In this document: in pieces, positions 40,387-50,475 of the stretch
How the letters are laid out: each line of letters opens with the position of its first letter
How positions within the stretch are numbered: position 1 is the stretch's first letter
Assembly: GCA_947447955.1 (NCBI GenBank)
Contig: CANFLS010000003.1
Span: 21,048-85,047, forward strand
Source: Flavobacteriales bacterium
GTDB lineage: Bacteria; Bacteroidota; Bacteroidia; NS11-12g; UBA955
Direction: 5' to 3'
DNA length: 64,000 nt
Notes under the pieces: generated by a model
What the model was told of the DNA's origin: nothing
Databases searched by the model: none
Seen by the model: the letters and a program-made list of their open reading frames with translations, nothing else
Position numbers and translations under genes: made by a program

Positions 40387-42102
40387 ATGAAAAAGCTACT
40401 TTTTTCAATCATATTTTTAGGGACAGTTTTTGTGTTGAATGCACAAAAAATACGTCATACAGAAATTTTAGGCCGTCCGACCGATAAAAGCATTACCGTT
40501 CAATTATTTTTTACGGAGGATGCCGATATTGCCGTTGAATATGGTACTTCTTCGGGGAATTATACCAATAAAACACCTTATGCTTCCTTTGTAGCGGGTG
40601 ATCCTGCTGAAATTGAGATTGGTGGATTAACCCCAAATACAAAGTATTACTACCGTGTAAATAGCAGAAAAACTGGATCAACCACAATAAGTTATCGTCC
40701 TGAATTTACATTTGTTACGGCAAAGCCAGCAAATACGCCATTTACCTTTGTAATTCAAGCGGATCCGCATTTGGATGCACAATCGGATACCAATATTTAT
40801 AAACTTTGCCTAAAAAATCAGTTAGAAGACAAGCCAGACTTTCAAATTGATTTGGGCGATATTTTAATGTCAGACAAATTGTTCGATCAAACCAAGAAAA
40901 TACCAAGAGATACCGTAACCTTTCGCAGTCATTTGATGCGTTCGTATTATGAGTTAATCAATCACTCAGTGCCTTTGTTTATTGCCTTAGGGAATCATGA
41001 AGGTGAAAGCGGATGGAATTTGAATGGAACTGCTCAAAATGTTGCAGTTTGGGGTACCGTTGATCGTAAAAAGTATTTTACCAATCCTGCACCCAATGGT
41101 TTTTACACCGGTGATACAATTGTTCATCCTTTTGTTGGTCAAAGAGAAAACTATTATGCTTGGGCATGGGGTGATGCACAATTTATTGTGCTTGATCCTT
41201 ATTGGTACACCAAGCCTAAGCCAGATTCATTGAATGGTTGGCGCTGGTCATTGGGTAAAGTTCAGTACGATTGGCTGAAAGCAACCTTAGAGAAAAGTAA
41301 TTCCAAATTTAAATTTGTATTTGCACATCAATTGGTTGGTGGCGATCCAGATGGCCGTGGTGGCGTTGAATATGCCGAAAGGTACGAATGGGGTGGAAAC
41401 AATTTAAATGGCAGCAGGGGCTTTGAAACAAGCCGTCCGGGTTGGTACAAACCCATTAAGGATTTATTCAAGGAACATAGGGTGAATGTATTTTTCCATG
41501 GGCATGATCATTTTTTTGCGAAGCAAGAAAAAGAATGTCTCATCTATCAAGAAGTGCCTCAACCAAGTCATCCTAATTTCATGAACGCCAGTTCTGCAAA
41601 AGCATATGGTTATTTGGAGGGACAAATTTTACCGAATTCAGGCCATATCCGTGTTTCGGTGGCTCCGGAAGGAGTGAAAGTTGAATATGTTAGAACCTAT
41701 TTGCCTAAAAACGAAACTGGATCAAGACACAACAAAGACGTTTCTGCCAGTTACTATATTGGAGCCAAAAATTGCTATGACTCTATGTCATCAACTGGAA
41801 TTCCTATTTTGTACAATAGCAATTATTCTGATGAAATTGCCTACCCAAATCCCTTCGAAAAAGAAACAACCATTCAATTTTCAGTGTTGAAATCTGAAAA
41901 TTTAAGTATTCAAATATTGAATAGCAACGGGCAAATGGTTCGGGAATTGATTGCAAATCAGAATATTCCTGTTGGGAATTACAAAGTAATTTGGGATGGT
42001 ACCAATACTTCAGGAGCCAATGTGAATTCTGGTATGTACTGGTATTCGATCAAGAGCAGTAGCAATGAAATTAAAACTGGAAAAATTATCTTAAACCGTT
42101 AA
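40387..42102 (+). CDS. secreted purple-acid-phosphatase-like metallophosphoesterase with a T9SS C-terminal domain (paralog 2)
   Basis: Same motif set (GDILMSD, GNHEGE, GHDHFFA) and a C-terminal domain AYPNPFEKE...GMYWYSIK. It starts 1 bp after paralog 1. Confidence 0.7.
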   Translation: MKKLLFSIIFLGTVFVLNAQKIRHTEILGRPTDKSITVQLFFTEDADIAVEYGTSSGNYTNKTPYASFVAGDPAEIEIGGLTPNTKYYYRVNSRKTGSTTISYRPEFTFVTAKPANTPFTFVIQADPHLDAQSDTNIYKLCLKNQLEDKPDFQIDLGDILMSDKLFDQTKKIPRDTVTFRSHLMRSYYELINHSVPLFIALGNHEGESGWNLNGTAQNVAVWGTVDRKKYFTNPAPNGFYTGDTIVHPFVGQRENYYAWAWGDAQFIVLDPYWYTKPKPDSLNGWRWSLGKVQYDWLKATLEKSNSKFKFVFAHQLVGGDPDGRGGVEYAERYEWGGNNLNGSRGFETSRPGWYKPIKDLFKEHRVNVFFHGHDHFFAKQEKECLIYQEVPQPSHPNFMNASSAKAYGYLEGQILPNSGHIRVSVAPEGVKVEYVRTYLPKNETGSRHNKDVSASYYIGAKNCYDSMSSTGIPILYNSNYSDEIAYPNPFEKETTIQFSVLKSENLSIQILNSNGQMVRELIANQNIPVGNYKVIWDGTNTSGANVNSGMYWYSIKSSSNEIKTGKIILNR

Positions 42103-42112
42103 TAAAAATCTT

Positions 42113-43732
42113 ATGAAAAGAATCGTCATCGTAATTTTGGCATTGTTGTCTGTTTCCATCGGGAACTTGGTTGCTCATTCAGCGCACTACGACAATGTAA
42201 ATACCAAACAATGGTATATTGAAAAGCAACATCAAGTGATTGATGCTACATTTTATTTCTCGAGAAACGATTCTGCGTTCTTTGAAAAATCAGATGGTTC
42301 AGTAATTGGCTTGCCAATAAACATTTTAACTGCGAATGATCAAAACTTCGTGAAAGCCAAGATTGTTGAAATTGAACAAATTAATAAGAAAATTGAACAG
42401 GTTAAATTAAAAAACACGGCTTCACAAATTCATACCCCAAAATTCAATTTGATTGAAGTTGGGCTATTTGTTTTGGGTGGACTGCTACTGTTGGTGTTAG
42501 CAAAAACGAACAAACGTTTGTTTGTGCCTATTGCCAGTGCATTTGTTTTGGTTTCATTTGTCGGATTCAAGTCTGGAAATATTGGAAAAAGGGCAACAAC
42601 CACAAGTCCTACATTTATGGATTCTGCTTTTTCATATTATAAACCATCTATCAATACGCGTTGGGACAACACATATTTTTACGTTGAATCAAAAGGCATT
42701 GCAGATCATGAAATGATGATTGGAATTACTTCTTGGCAACAACAAGTTCCTATTCCTCAATGTTATATTGGTTCTAATGCTTGGTCAATTCCATTGAATC
42801 CGGTAATTGCAACTACACCGGTTCCTGTAAATAACAAACATTTTTTACGCGGTGCCGTAGCCATTGCTGTCAATGGAATTGCAATCTTCAATCCATACAC
42901 CAACACCGGAGTTGATGCGTTTTTGGATGGTCAATTGGATAATTTTGGTGGACATAGCGGCCGTGCCGATGACTATCATTATCACATTGCGCCAACAGTT
43001 TTGTACAACAAAATTCCTAAAACATCTCCAATCGCATTTGCGTTAGATGGCTTTGCCATATATGGCACACTAGAACCAGATGGTTCTGCAATGAAAACAC
43101 TAGATGCAAATCATGGTCACTATGGAAGCAATGGAGCATACCACTATCACTCATCTTCGTCTGCTCCTTACATGATTGGGAATATGGTAGGTAAAGTAAC
43201 GGAGGATTCTACCTTGCAAATTATACCTCAGGCAGCTGCAAAAGGAGTTCGTCCTGCATTGACACCTTTGAAGGGAGCCGTAATTACGCATTGCTACCCT
43301 TATCCAACGGGAGATGGTTATAAATTGACATACACCGTAGGTTCAGAAAAGGATACCGTTGATTATAGTTGGACAAGTGCGGGTAAGTTTACCTATAAAT
43401 TTATTGTAAACGGGGTAACCACTGTAAATACTTACAATGGTTCAAAACCGTGCACCGTTCCTGTAACCTCTGCAGTAAATAACCTTCCCAAGGAAATCAT
43501 TTTGAATATTTATCCAAATCCAGCAACCGATATCGTGAATTTGTCTTTTTCTAATGAGGGACAAAAATCGTTGGTAAAGAAAATAGCCGTGATCAATTCT
43601 TTAGGGAAAGTTGTTTTTGCAACAGATAATTTCGTAAATAAAATTGATTTGAATCAATTCAGTAGCGGAATTTATTATATTTCAGTTGATATTGCAAGTC
43701 AATCGATTACTCAAAAAATAATCGTTCATTGA
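42113..43732 (+). CDS. YHYH-domain protein with a T9SS C-terminal domain and unusual internal hydrophobic segments
   Basis: DDYHYHIAP and GAYHYHSSS motifs. C-terminal domain IYPNPATDI...GIYYISVD. Two hydrophobic stretches, VGLFVLGGLLLLVLA and FVPIASAFVLVSFVGF. Confidence 0.6.
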   Translation: MKRIVIVILALLSVSIGNLVAHSAHYDNVNTKQWYIEKQHQVIDATFYFSRNDSAFFEKSDGSVIGLPINILTANDQNFVKAKIVEIEQINKKIEQVKLKNTASQIHTPKFNLIEVGLFVLGGLLLLVLAKTNKRLFVPIASAFVLVSFVGFKSGNIGKRATTTSPTFMDSAFSYYKPSINTRWDNTYFYVESKGIADHEMMIGITSWQQQVPIPQCYIGSNAWSIPLNPVIATTPVPVNNKHFLRGAVAIAVNGIAIFNPYTNTGVDAFLDGQLDNFGGHSGRADDYHYHIAPTVLYNKIPKTSPIAFALDGFAIYGTLEPDGSAMKTLDANHGHYGSNGAYHYHSSSSAPYMIGNMVGKVTEDSTLQIIPQAAAKGVRPALTPLKGAVITHCYPYPTGDGYKLTYTVGSEKDTVDYSWTSAGKFTYKFIVNGVTTVNTYNGSKPCTVPVTSAVNNLPKEIILNIYPNPATDIVNLSFSNEGQKSLVKKIAVINSLGKVVFATDNFVNKIDLNQFSSGIYYISVDIASQSITQKIIVH

Positions 43733-44973
43733 TGAGGATAAAATATCGAAACTTAATTTGTTTAATTGCGTTGTTTTTTTTCAATGCTGCTATTGCCCAA
43801 TACAAAGGAACAGGTTCTGTAACTCAGGGTAAAGCCACAGATATTTTGGTTTCGAATTTGTTTTCATGCACAGGTGGAAGGGTTGGCGGTTTGGCAAACA
43901 TCAAGTCAACCGATGGGTTAACTTGGAAAGTACCCGCCGATGTAAATTTCACCAATGCAAGTTTTCCTTTTTCCTCAGATTTACACAATAGTTGCATTGG
44001 CGTAAACAATACAACTACATCTCAGGCACTTTCGAAATTAACAGGCAGCGATATCGTAACCATTGATGCAAGTGGTGAAGTAATTACCGCTTTTGTATTT
44101 GCCGATAATTATTTTGAAATGTATATCAATGGCATTGCCGTAGGAAAAGACAAGGTTCCTTTTACCCAATTTAATTCTAGTATCCTGCGATTTAAAGTAA
44201 ACAGACCTTTTACAATTGCAATGAAATTGGTTGATTGGGAAGAGAACTTGGGTGTTGGATCAGAAAATAACAACGGTTTTGCATACCATCCCGGTGATGG
44301 AGGCATGGTTGCCGTTTTTATGGATGCTCAAAAGAATATTGTAGCCACAACAAACGACAAATGGAGGGCACAAACTTTTTATACTTCGCCAATCAAAGAT
44401 TTAACCTGTCCTGTTGAAAGTGGTAAATATCGCTTAACTTCCAATTGCGACATGACGGATGTAAACGATGGCAGTAAATATTATGGACTCCATTGGGCAA
44501 TTCCCAATGGTTGGGAAAATACGTCGTTTGTAGATACCATTTGGCCATTTGCAAGTATGTATTCGAATACAGAAATTGGGGTAAATAACAAACCGGCGTA
44601 TACCAATTTTGTGGATGTGTTCGACAATTCCGCCAACGATGCACAATTCATCTGGAGTAGCAATGTAATTCTAGATAACTTGGTTTTAACAAGATTTACA
44701 GTTCCTGCTTTAACCAATAGCACAGACCAAATTAAAGCACTGCAAAATTGGAAGCCCTATCCAAATCCAGTGAATGAAAAATTGCATTTGAATCTTGGTG
44801 ATATAAAAAACTATCAGCCTTTAGTTAAATTGAAAGATAGTAAAATGTCGAACCTGCTTACTTTGAATAAGCTCCAAGATGAAATCTCACTTGAAGGATT
44901 CCCTGCCGGAATTTATTTTCTTGAGGTATCTTGCATGAATAAAATTGAAGTTAGAAAAATTATTAAAAATTAA
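43729..44973 (+). CDS. hypothetical secreted protein with a T9SS C-terminal domain
   Basis: Signal peptide and a C-terminal domain PYPNPVNEKL...GIYFLEVS. No recognisable catalytic motifs. Confidence 0.5.
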   Translation: MMRIKYRNLICLIALFFFNAAIAQYKGTGSVTQGKATDILVSNLFSCTGGRVGGLANIKSTDGLTWKVPADVNFTNASFPFSSDLHNSCIGVNNTTTSQALSKLTGSDIVTIDASGEVITAFVFADNYFEMYINGIAVGKDKVPFTQFNSSILRFKVNRPFTIAMKLVDWEENLGVGSENNNGFAYHPGDGGMVAVFMDAQKNIVATTNDKWRAQTFYTSPIKDLTCPVESGKYRLTSNCDMTDVNDGSKYYGLHWAIPNGWENTSFVDTIWPFASMYSNTEIGVNNKPAYTNFVDVFDNSANDAQFIWSSNVILDNLVLTRFTVPALTNSTDQIKALQNWKPYPNPVNEKLHLNLGDIKNYQPLVKLKDSKMSNLLTLNKLQDEISLEGFPAGIYFLEVSCMNKIEVRKIIKN

Positions 44974-44976
44974 ATT

Positions 44977-46179
44977 GTGATAAAAAATACTGCATTTTTA
45001 CTTCTTTCACTTGGTTTTTGCTCTTTAGTGTCGGCGCAAAAATCAGTGGTGAAATCTTTAGACAAATTGCCCGATACAGGCGAAACCACAAGTTACACAA
45101 ATACTTTTGGTGAAGATCACGATTATAACATCAATGTGCCGGGATTCAAATTGCTCACTAATGGAACTGTGATTGATACAATCACCAGTTTACAATGGCA
45201 AAAAACCGATGGGGGAGAAATGACCATCGAAAGTGCTGCAATATATTGTGATACGCTTACTTTGGGTGGCTACACCGATTGGCGTTTACCAACCGCAGCT
45301 GAAGGTTTTAGCATTATAAATCATCAATTTACCAATCCATCTTTGAATACTTCGGTGTTTACAAAAAACACAGCTGAATATTGGTGGACAAGCAACAAAC
45401 AGTCAAACGATGCTACTAAGATTTGGTGTACCAATGCTGGAGGGGGAATTGGCAACCATCCCAAAGCCGAAACAGTGAGTGCCGGTGGTACAAAGAAGTT
45501 TCATGTGAGGGCTGTAAGAAACACCCATGCCAATACAATCATTGCTGAAAGATATGTTTCAGTTGGCGATAGTTCTGTGTACGACAGTTTAAATAATTTG
45601 GTTTGGCAATTGAGTCCAATGCCAACCACCCTAACTTGGGAGGATGCCTTAATTGCTTCAGAGAATTTATATTTAGATGGTCATTCGGATTGGCGTTTGC
45701 CCAATATCAAAGAATTGCGATCTTTGAATGATGAAACATTGGTTCAGCCGTCAATCAACAAATCGGTGTTTCCAAATGTTACCGTAAATAAGTATTGGTC
45801 TTCAACTTCGTTGCCAAATCAAACTACAAAAGCTTGGTATTGGTCTAACGCTTTCGGAATAACAACCTACGATGTGAAAACAGTGGCCAATTATGTGCTA
45901 TGTGTAAGAACTCCAACAAAAGGAAATCTTTCCAACGTGCAATCAATGAAAGTTGGTAATATTAGAATTTATCCCAATCCTGCAAAAACTTCTGTTTTTG
46001 TTTTTTCTGAGGGACAAGGAACGGTTCAAATACTAGACATAACAGGAAAATCATTTCTTGAGCAAACCATTCAAAACGAGGTTGAGTCAATTTCATTGAA
46101 AGGCATTACTGCAGGAATTTATTTTGTTACCGTAAAAATTGGAAATAGCTCTCAAACCCAAAAGCTGGTAATTGAATAA
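44977..46179 (+). CDS. DUF1566 (Lcl C-terminal-like) repeat protein with a T9SS C-terminal domain. It has a GTG start.
   Basis: Two DUF1566-type units (LQWQK...YCDTLTLGGYTDWRLPT...EGFSI and LVWQL...HSDWRLPNIKELRSL). C-terminal domain IYPNPAKTS...GIYFVTVK. Confidence 0.6.
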   Translation: MIKNTAFLLLSLGFCSLVSAQKSVVKSLDKLPDTGETTSYTNTFGEDHDYNINVPGFKLLTNGTVIDTITSLQWQKTDGGEMTIESAAIYCDTLTLGGYTDWRLPTAAEGFSIINHQFTNPSLNTSVFTKNTAEYWWTSNKQSNDATKIWCTNAGGGIGNHPKAETVSAGGTKKFHVRAVRNTHANTIIAERYVSVGDSSVYDSLNNLVWQLSPMPTTLTWEDALIASENLYLDGHSDWRLPNIKELRSLNDETLVQPSINKSVFPNVTVNKYWSSTSLPNQTTKAWYWSNAFGITTYDVKTVANYVLCVRTPTKGNLSNVQSMKVGNIRIYPNPAKTSVFVFSEGQGTVQILDITGKSFLEQTIQNEVESISLKGITAGIYFVTVKIGNSSQTQKLVIE

Positions 46180-46189
46180 GAAATAGTAC

Positions 46190-47128
46190 TCAGTGGTGAT
46201 GACTTTCCTCTGCTTCAACTGGTGGAACGGGAATCTCATTGATTGTGCTTTGCTTTAAACTCAGATCAGGTTCGCCTGCCAAAATCCAGGCAGTATACCA
46301 ACTGCTTGCAACCATTCTTATTGCACTTTTCATACGGTTTTGAACCATTAATCCAACTTTTTCTTCGTATTGTTTGATAAAAAAAGCGCTTTCCTGTTTG
46401 ACAATTCGACCTCCTTTTTGCGCGAATTGATATTGCAAATTTTCAGGGGTTTGTTCCTTTGCCATTTTCTCATCATACAAAACTTTGTTTACCAAACCAT
46501 AACTTTCCTCAACGGCTTTCCAAATGCTATCGGAGTAGTTTCTGATGAAATTGACTTCGGAAATAAATATGGGATAATTGCTTAAATGATGCTCGGGAAT
46601 TTTGGATTCCCACAAAGAGTGAATGCCATGTTGGTTGGTTTTTTGTCCATTGTAATTAGAAGTGGTATGCAATGGAACATGCGCATCGGCAATGTAATGT
46701 CCCAAATCGGCTGAGAGTTTTAGTATTTTCTCAACGTTTTTCTCTTCAAAGGCTTTGGTTAGCCAATACATCATTTTGGCACATTGGTAAGGCACAATTC
46801 CATGTTTTAAAATGGTGTCTTCGGTGTATTTTGCAACTGCCAATTTCCAATCTTTGCAAATGGTATCTAGAGGAGCTGATTTCTCATAAAAATCACAATC
46901 TATGAAATGTTTACAAGCCTCTCCTTCAACCATGTTTCTTCGGCTATCGGCATCGGTTGCATGATTAACCAAATAGTCAACATGCAATTTGTAAAACTTA
47001 AATAAGGGTTGTGGCAATGCCAAGCAGGCATTTTGATTGATCGTTCTGTGAGATAAAAATCCCCAGCTTCTGATATTCCCCACTACACAAATCCCTAACA
47101 CAATCAGCAAACTGAGCTTTTTCATCAT
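46190..47128 (-). CDS. secreted S1/P1-nuclease / zinc-phospholipase-C-family hydrolase
   Basis: Signal peptide. The mature N-terminus starts with Trp (WGFLSH). HFID and HYIADAHVPLH motifs resemble the Zn ligands of the S1-P1 fold. Confidence 0.5.
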   Translation of the reverse strand: MMKKLSLLIVLGICVVGNIRSWGFLSHRTINQNACLALPQPLFKFYKLHVDYLVNHATDADSRRNMVEGEACKHFIDCDFYEKSAPLDTICKDWKLAVAKYTEDTILKHGIVPYQCAKMMYWLTKAFEEKNVEKILKLSADLGHYIADAHVPLHTTSNYNGQKTNQHGIHSLWESKIPEHHLSNYPIFISEVNFIRNYSDSIWKAVEESYGLVNKVLYDEKMAKEQTPENLQYQFAQKGGRIVKQESAFFIKQYEEKVGLMVQNRMKSAIRMVASSWYTAWILAGEPDLSLKQSTINEIPVPPVEAEESHHH

Positions 47129-47850
47129 TCCACTCTTAATTTGGCTAAGTACATTTGAATGGTGTTTTGCAATCCCAAATATAGCGCATCGCAAACCAGT
47201 GCATGTCCAATGGAAACCTCAAGCAAACCAGGCAAATGCTTCGCCATATAATTTAAATTGTTCAGATCTAAGTCGTGCCCCGCGTTTAACCCAATTCCAA
47301 CTTTTTGCGCCTCAATTGCCGTTTCTAAATATTGCTGTAACGCCAATTCAGGGTTGTTGGGATAATTCACCGCATAAAACTCTGTATATAACTCAATTCT
47401 ATCGGCACCGCATGATTTGGCATAGGAAACCAATTCAGGTTGAGGATTTAAAAAAATGCTCACCCTTTGGGTACTTTGTTTTAATTCGGTAATGATTTCC
47501 GACAAGTAATCGTGAAATTTAATGGTATCCCAACCTGCATTGGAAGTAAGTGCATCTGGTGGATCTGGTACCAAGGTAACTTGCTCCGGTTTTACTTTAT
47601 GTATCAATTCAATGAAATCGGTAGAAGGATATCCCTCAATATTCAATTCAGTTTTAACCACTTCTTTCAATTCAATCACATCTTGGTATCGAATGTGGCG
47701 TTCATCTGGTCTTGGATGCACCGTGATTCCTTGCGCACCAAAAGCTTCACAGTCTTTCGCAACTTGAATTAAATTGGGATTGTTTCCACCTCTCGCATTT
47801 CTTAAAGTTGCAAATTTGTTGATGTTTACGCTGAGTTTAGTTTGTGACAT
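47125..47850 (-). CDS. pdxJ: pyridoxine 5'-phosphate synthase
   Basis: LSVNINKFATLRNARG...HPRPDERHI...GHALV. Confidence 0.9.
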   Translation of the reverse strand: MSQTKLSVNINKFATLRNARGGNNPNLIQVAKDCEAFGAQGITVHPRPDERHIRYQDVIELKEVVKTELNIEGYPSTDFIELIHKVKPEQVTLVPDPPDALTSNAGWDTIKFHDYLSEIITELKQSTQRVSIFLNPQPELVSYAKSCGADRIELYTEFYAVNYPNNPELALQQYLETAIEAQKVGIGLNAGHDLDLNNLNYMAKHLPGLLEVSIGHALVCDALYLGLQNTIQMYLAKLRVE

Positions 47851-49727
47851 TATTGAAAAGTAATTTGCACAAAAATACGATTGTACGATGCTTTTGTGTC
47901 GATAGTTGACATATTTTTTACATCTATTTTTTGCATTTTCTGCAACTTAATATACAGCCACATTTTTGAAATGATTCTTATTTTCACAATGGCATTGAAA
48001 TAAGTTCCAATGTTTGAATATACCATATAGCCCAATCCCCCCGGAAGTGAATTGTCTAAATTGTAAATGTTTGTAGAAGGGCAGTAGAACCAATTTTGCT
48101 CTGCCGATACGTTCAATCGCTTTCCTATTTTGGTATTTAACCCAACTTGAAACAAATAGTTTTTTACACTGCTTGAATTGTTCCATTTTTGAACAAATCC
48201 CCAGTGAACAGTATTGCTTAGGTTAACTTTGATGGTCTGATTGCATTGCAGTTGGTATAAAAATCCTTGGGCATTGTAAAATTCAGTTTCCCGTTTGAAC
48301 TGAATACTGAGTATGTCTGTTTTACTAAAAGAGTGATTGTAAATCACTATGTTTTTTATTGGGTTTTCATTGATTTCTTGATTGAATTGAGGTGTGTTGA
48401 ATTGAATCGATTGACCGCGTAATTTAATCTGATTTCGTTTGTTGAATTGATAATCAATTCCCATTTCAAAAATGGTTTCATTGGCGGTTGATTTTAATTG
48501 GTACGACATTTCTGGGGCAGAAAATTCTAACGGAATTGTTTGGATTCTAGCACCCAAATCCAACTGTTTGTTCAATGCCCAAACACCTGCACTACTCAAA
48601 CATGTTTTCTTGTAAATTTGATCAAAACTTGCATTGAATAACCACCTGCCTCCAATAAAATTTGGGACAGTAATTTGTCCCTCAAAATACAAAAACTTGT
48701 TGTTTTGCACTTTGGAATCGGTGGTATTTATTTTCGGAATGAGATAATTATATTGGGTAATGAGGGTGTTGAAAATTGCTTTAGTTGTAGTTTTTTGCCA
48801 ACCCAAAAAGGTTTGAAATTCGGTGTTGTTGTGTTTTTTTGAAACCTGATTCAGTGTTTGATGATAACCGCCAAATTGACGCTGATAAAAAGCATTTTCT
48901 TGCCAATTTAAGGTGCAATCAAATGGAATAAATCCCGTTCCAACATAAAAATCATGGCTGGATTTAGAAATATGTAACGCTGCACCCCAATGGCCTAAGT
49001 CCTCGCTATAACTGGCATACGGCTTAATACCAACTAGTTGGTTTGTCCAATTTTCAAGCGAAATTGGTGATCCAAATTGACCGCTGCTCCCCATCGTGAA
49101 ACCCCTGTTCCATTGCACATTGTATTTGCCCAAAATGAGTGATTTTAACGTCGATAAATCTTTCAAATGAAGGTAGCCCGAATAGAAATCCAACGGTTTT
49201 TCATAGGCATCATTTTCTATGCTTATTCCCAACTGGATATTTTTATTATAGGTGATTTTTGTTTTCATTTCAAACCCAATTATGTCGCTTTGGGCATCTT
49301 TGGGTTTTTCAAAAGTTGCAGGTTTGAATCTTCCACTGAAAGTGGATTTTGGTTCGTCGGGTTTGTAAATGTTTTTGATTTGAGTGCTTATGGATTTCTC
49401 AAAATGCAGCCATTTATAAATGGTATTTATCTGCTCAATGTTCAATTTGCATTGAACCAATTCTTGGGGTGAAATAAAATTCCCAAACTCAATTCTATGG
49501 GCTACAATGGAGCCACATTGCTGATGGTTAAAACAACCCGTTTCTAATAATTCTTCCTCTGAAAATTGGTTGATGTAAATGGGATGATGTAGCACATCAA
49601 TTTCCCCCATCGAAGGTTGCCCAATAATTTCTTGGGGAAGTTCATTGTTGTTGTTGATTTCAATTTGAGGGTAAAGTTTGCCGAACAAAATCAATCCCCA
49701 CAGGCTCAGTAACACTTTTTTGTTCAT
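47850..49727 (-). CDS. outer-membrane protein with a ComEA-like helix-hairpin-helix N-terminal domain fused to a large putative beta-barrel
   Basis: Signal peptide. The HhH region INQFSEEELLETGCF...GSIVAHRIEFGNFISPQELVQ is ComEA-like. About 520 aa of aromatic-rich, alternating-pattern sequence follow. The start is uncertain. Confidence 0.45.
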   Translation of the reverse strand: MNKKVLLSLWGLILFGKLYPQIEINNNNELPQEIIGQPSMGEIDVLHHPIYINQFSEEELLETGCFNHQQCGSIVAHRIEFGNFISPQELVQCKLNIEQINTIYKWLHFEKSISTQIKNIYKPDEPKSTFSGRFKPATFEKPKDAQSDIIGFEMKTKITYNKNIQLGISIENDAYEKPLDFYSGYLHLKDLSTLKSLILGKYNVQWNRGFTMGSSGQFGSPISLENWTNQLVGIKPYASYSEDLGHWGAALHISKSSHDFYVGTGFIPFDCTLNWQENAFYQRQFGGYHQTLNQVSKKHNNTEFQTFLGWQKTTTKAIFNTLITQYNYLIPKINTTDSKVQNNKFLYFEGQITVPNFIGGRWLFNASFDQIYKKTCLSSAGVWALNKQLDLGARIQTIPLEFSAPEMSYQLKSTANETIFEMGIDYQFNKRNQIKLRGQSIQFNTPQFNQEINENPIKNIVIYNHSFSKTDILSIQFKRETEFYNAQGFLYQLQCNQTIKVNLSNTVHWGFVQKWNNSSSVKNYLFQVGLNTKIGKRLNVSAEQNWFYCPSTNIYNLDNSLPGGLGYMVYSNIGTYFNAIVKIRIISKMWLYIKLQKMQKIDVKNMSTIDTKASYNRIFVQITFQ

Positions 49728-50475
49728 TGATAAGATAATTAAGACGAAATAAAGGTTGGAAACCAAGGTTGTTTCCTAAATAGGCCAATTTGAAAGTATA
49801 GGTCCATTTGTTTTTAATCAAACTCATTGCAGTGGAAAATGGCATGCTGCCCGTTCCCATAGTAATGGTGTTGTAAAACGATTTATTCGGTGCATAAACC
49901 AAACTGCCACTCACAATGGGTTCATAACCAATCAACGTTACCCCAATGCCCGAATATATTTTGGCATTTATTTGAAAATTATAAGTCAGATTCTGAAGGC
50001 TGGTTTTCCCAATTTGCGAATACCAAAACGCTATCGATGCAGCATTATTCAACTGATAACTTGAATAAATATTAAATCCCAATTGATTCAATCTGTTTTC
50101 AATACCCGTTTGGCTTGAATAACTAATGCCCGTTCCCAAAACGAGCGCTTTGTTCATCTTTTGAGCAATTGAAAAGCTCAATCCATTTTGATTGAAATCG
50201 CCTGTCCCTTCATTTGCAATAGTGGTAGCGATTTTAGTAAAGTTAGTTTGGTAGGTTCCAGTTAGGTTGGTAGACGTTAAATCTGTGGATGTAAACAACC
50301 AAATGTGATCAATAGCCAAGTTGGCTTTTGCATGATCTAAAAAGTAAAGGGGGGAGGTGTTGATTTGATCGGGAACCTTGAAGCAAGGATTAAATTGAGT
50401 GGCATTGGCAGAAGTTGCGATTTGTGCAAAAGAAAAGCGACAAATTGCAAATCCGATCAACGCCAAGTACCTCAT
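49660..50475 (-). CDS. hypothetical small outer-membrane beta-barrel protein
   Basis: Signal peptide and amphipathic beta-strand patterning. Its 3' end overlaps the downstream gene's start region. Confidence 0.4.
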   Translation of the reverse strand: MRYLALIGFAICRFSFAQIATSANATQFNPCFKVPDQINTSPLYFLDHAKANLAIDHIWLFTSTDLTSTNLTGTYQTNFTKIATTIANEGTGDFNQNGLSFSIAQKMNKALVLGTGISYSSQTGIENRLNQLGFNIYSSYQLNNAASIAFWYSQIGKTSLQNLTYNFQINAKIYSGIGVTLIGYEPIVSGSLVYAPNKSFYNTITMGTGSMPFSTAMSLIKNKWTYTFKLAYLGNNLGFQPLFRLNYLINEQKSVTEPVGIDFVRQTLPSN

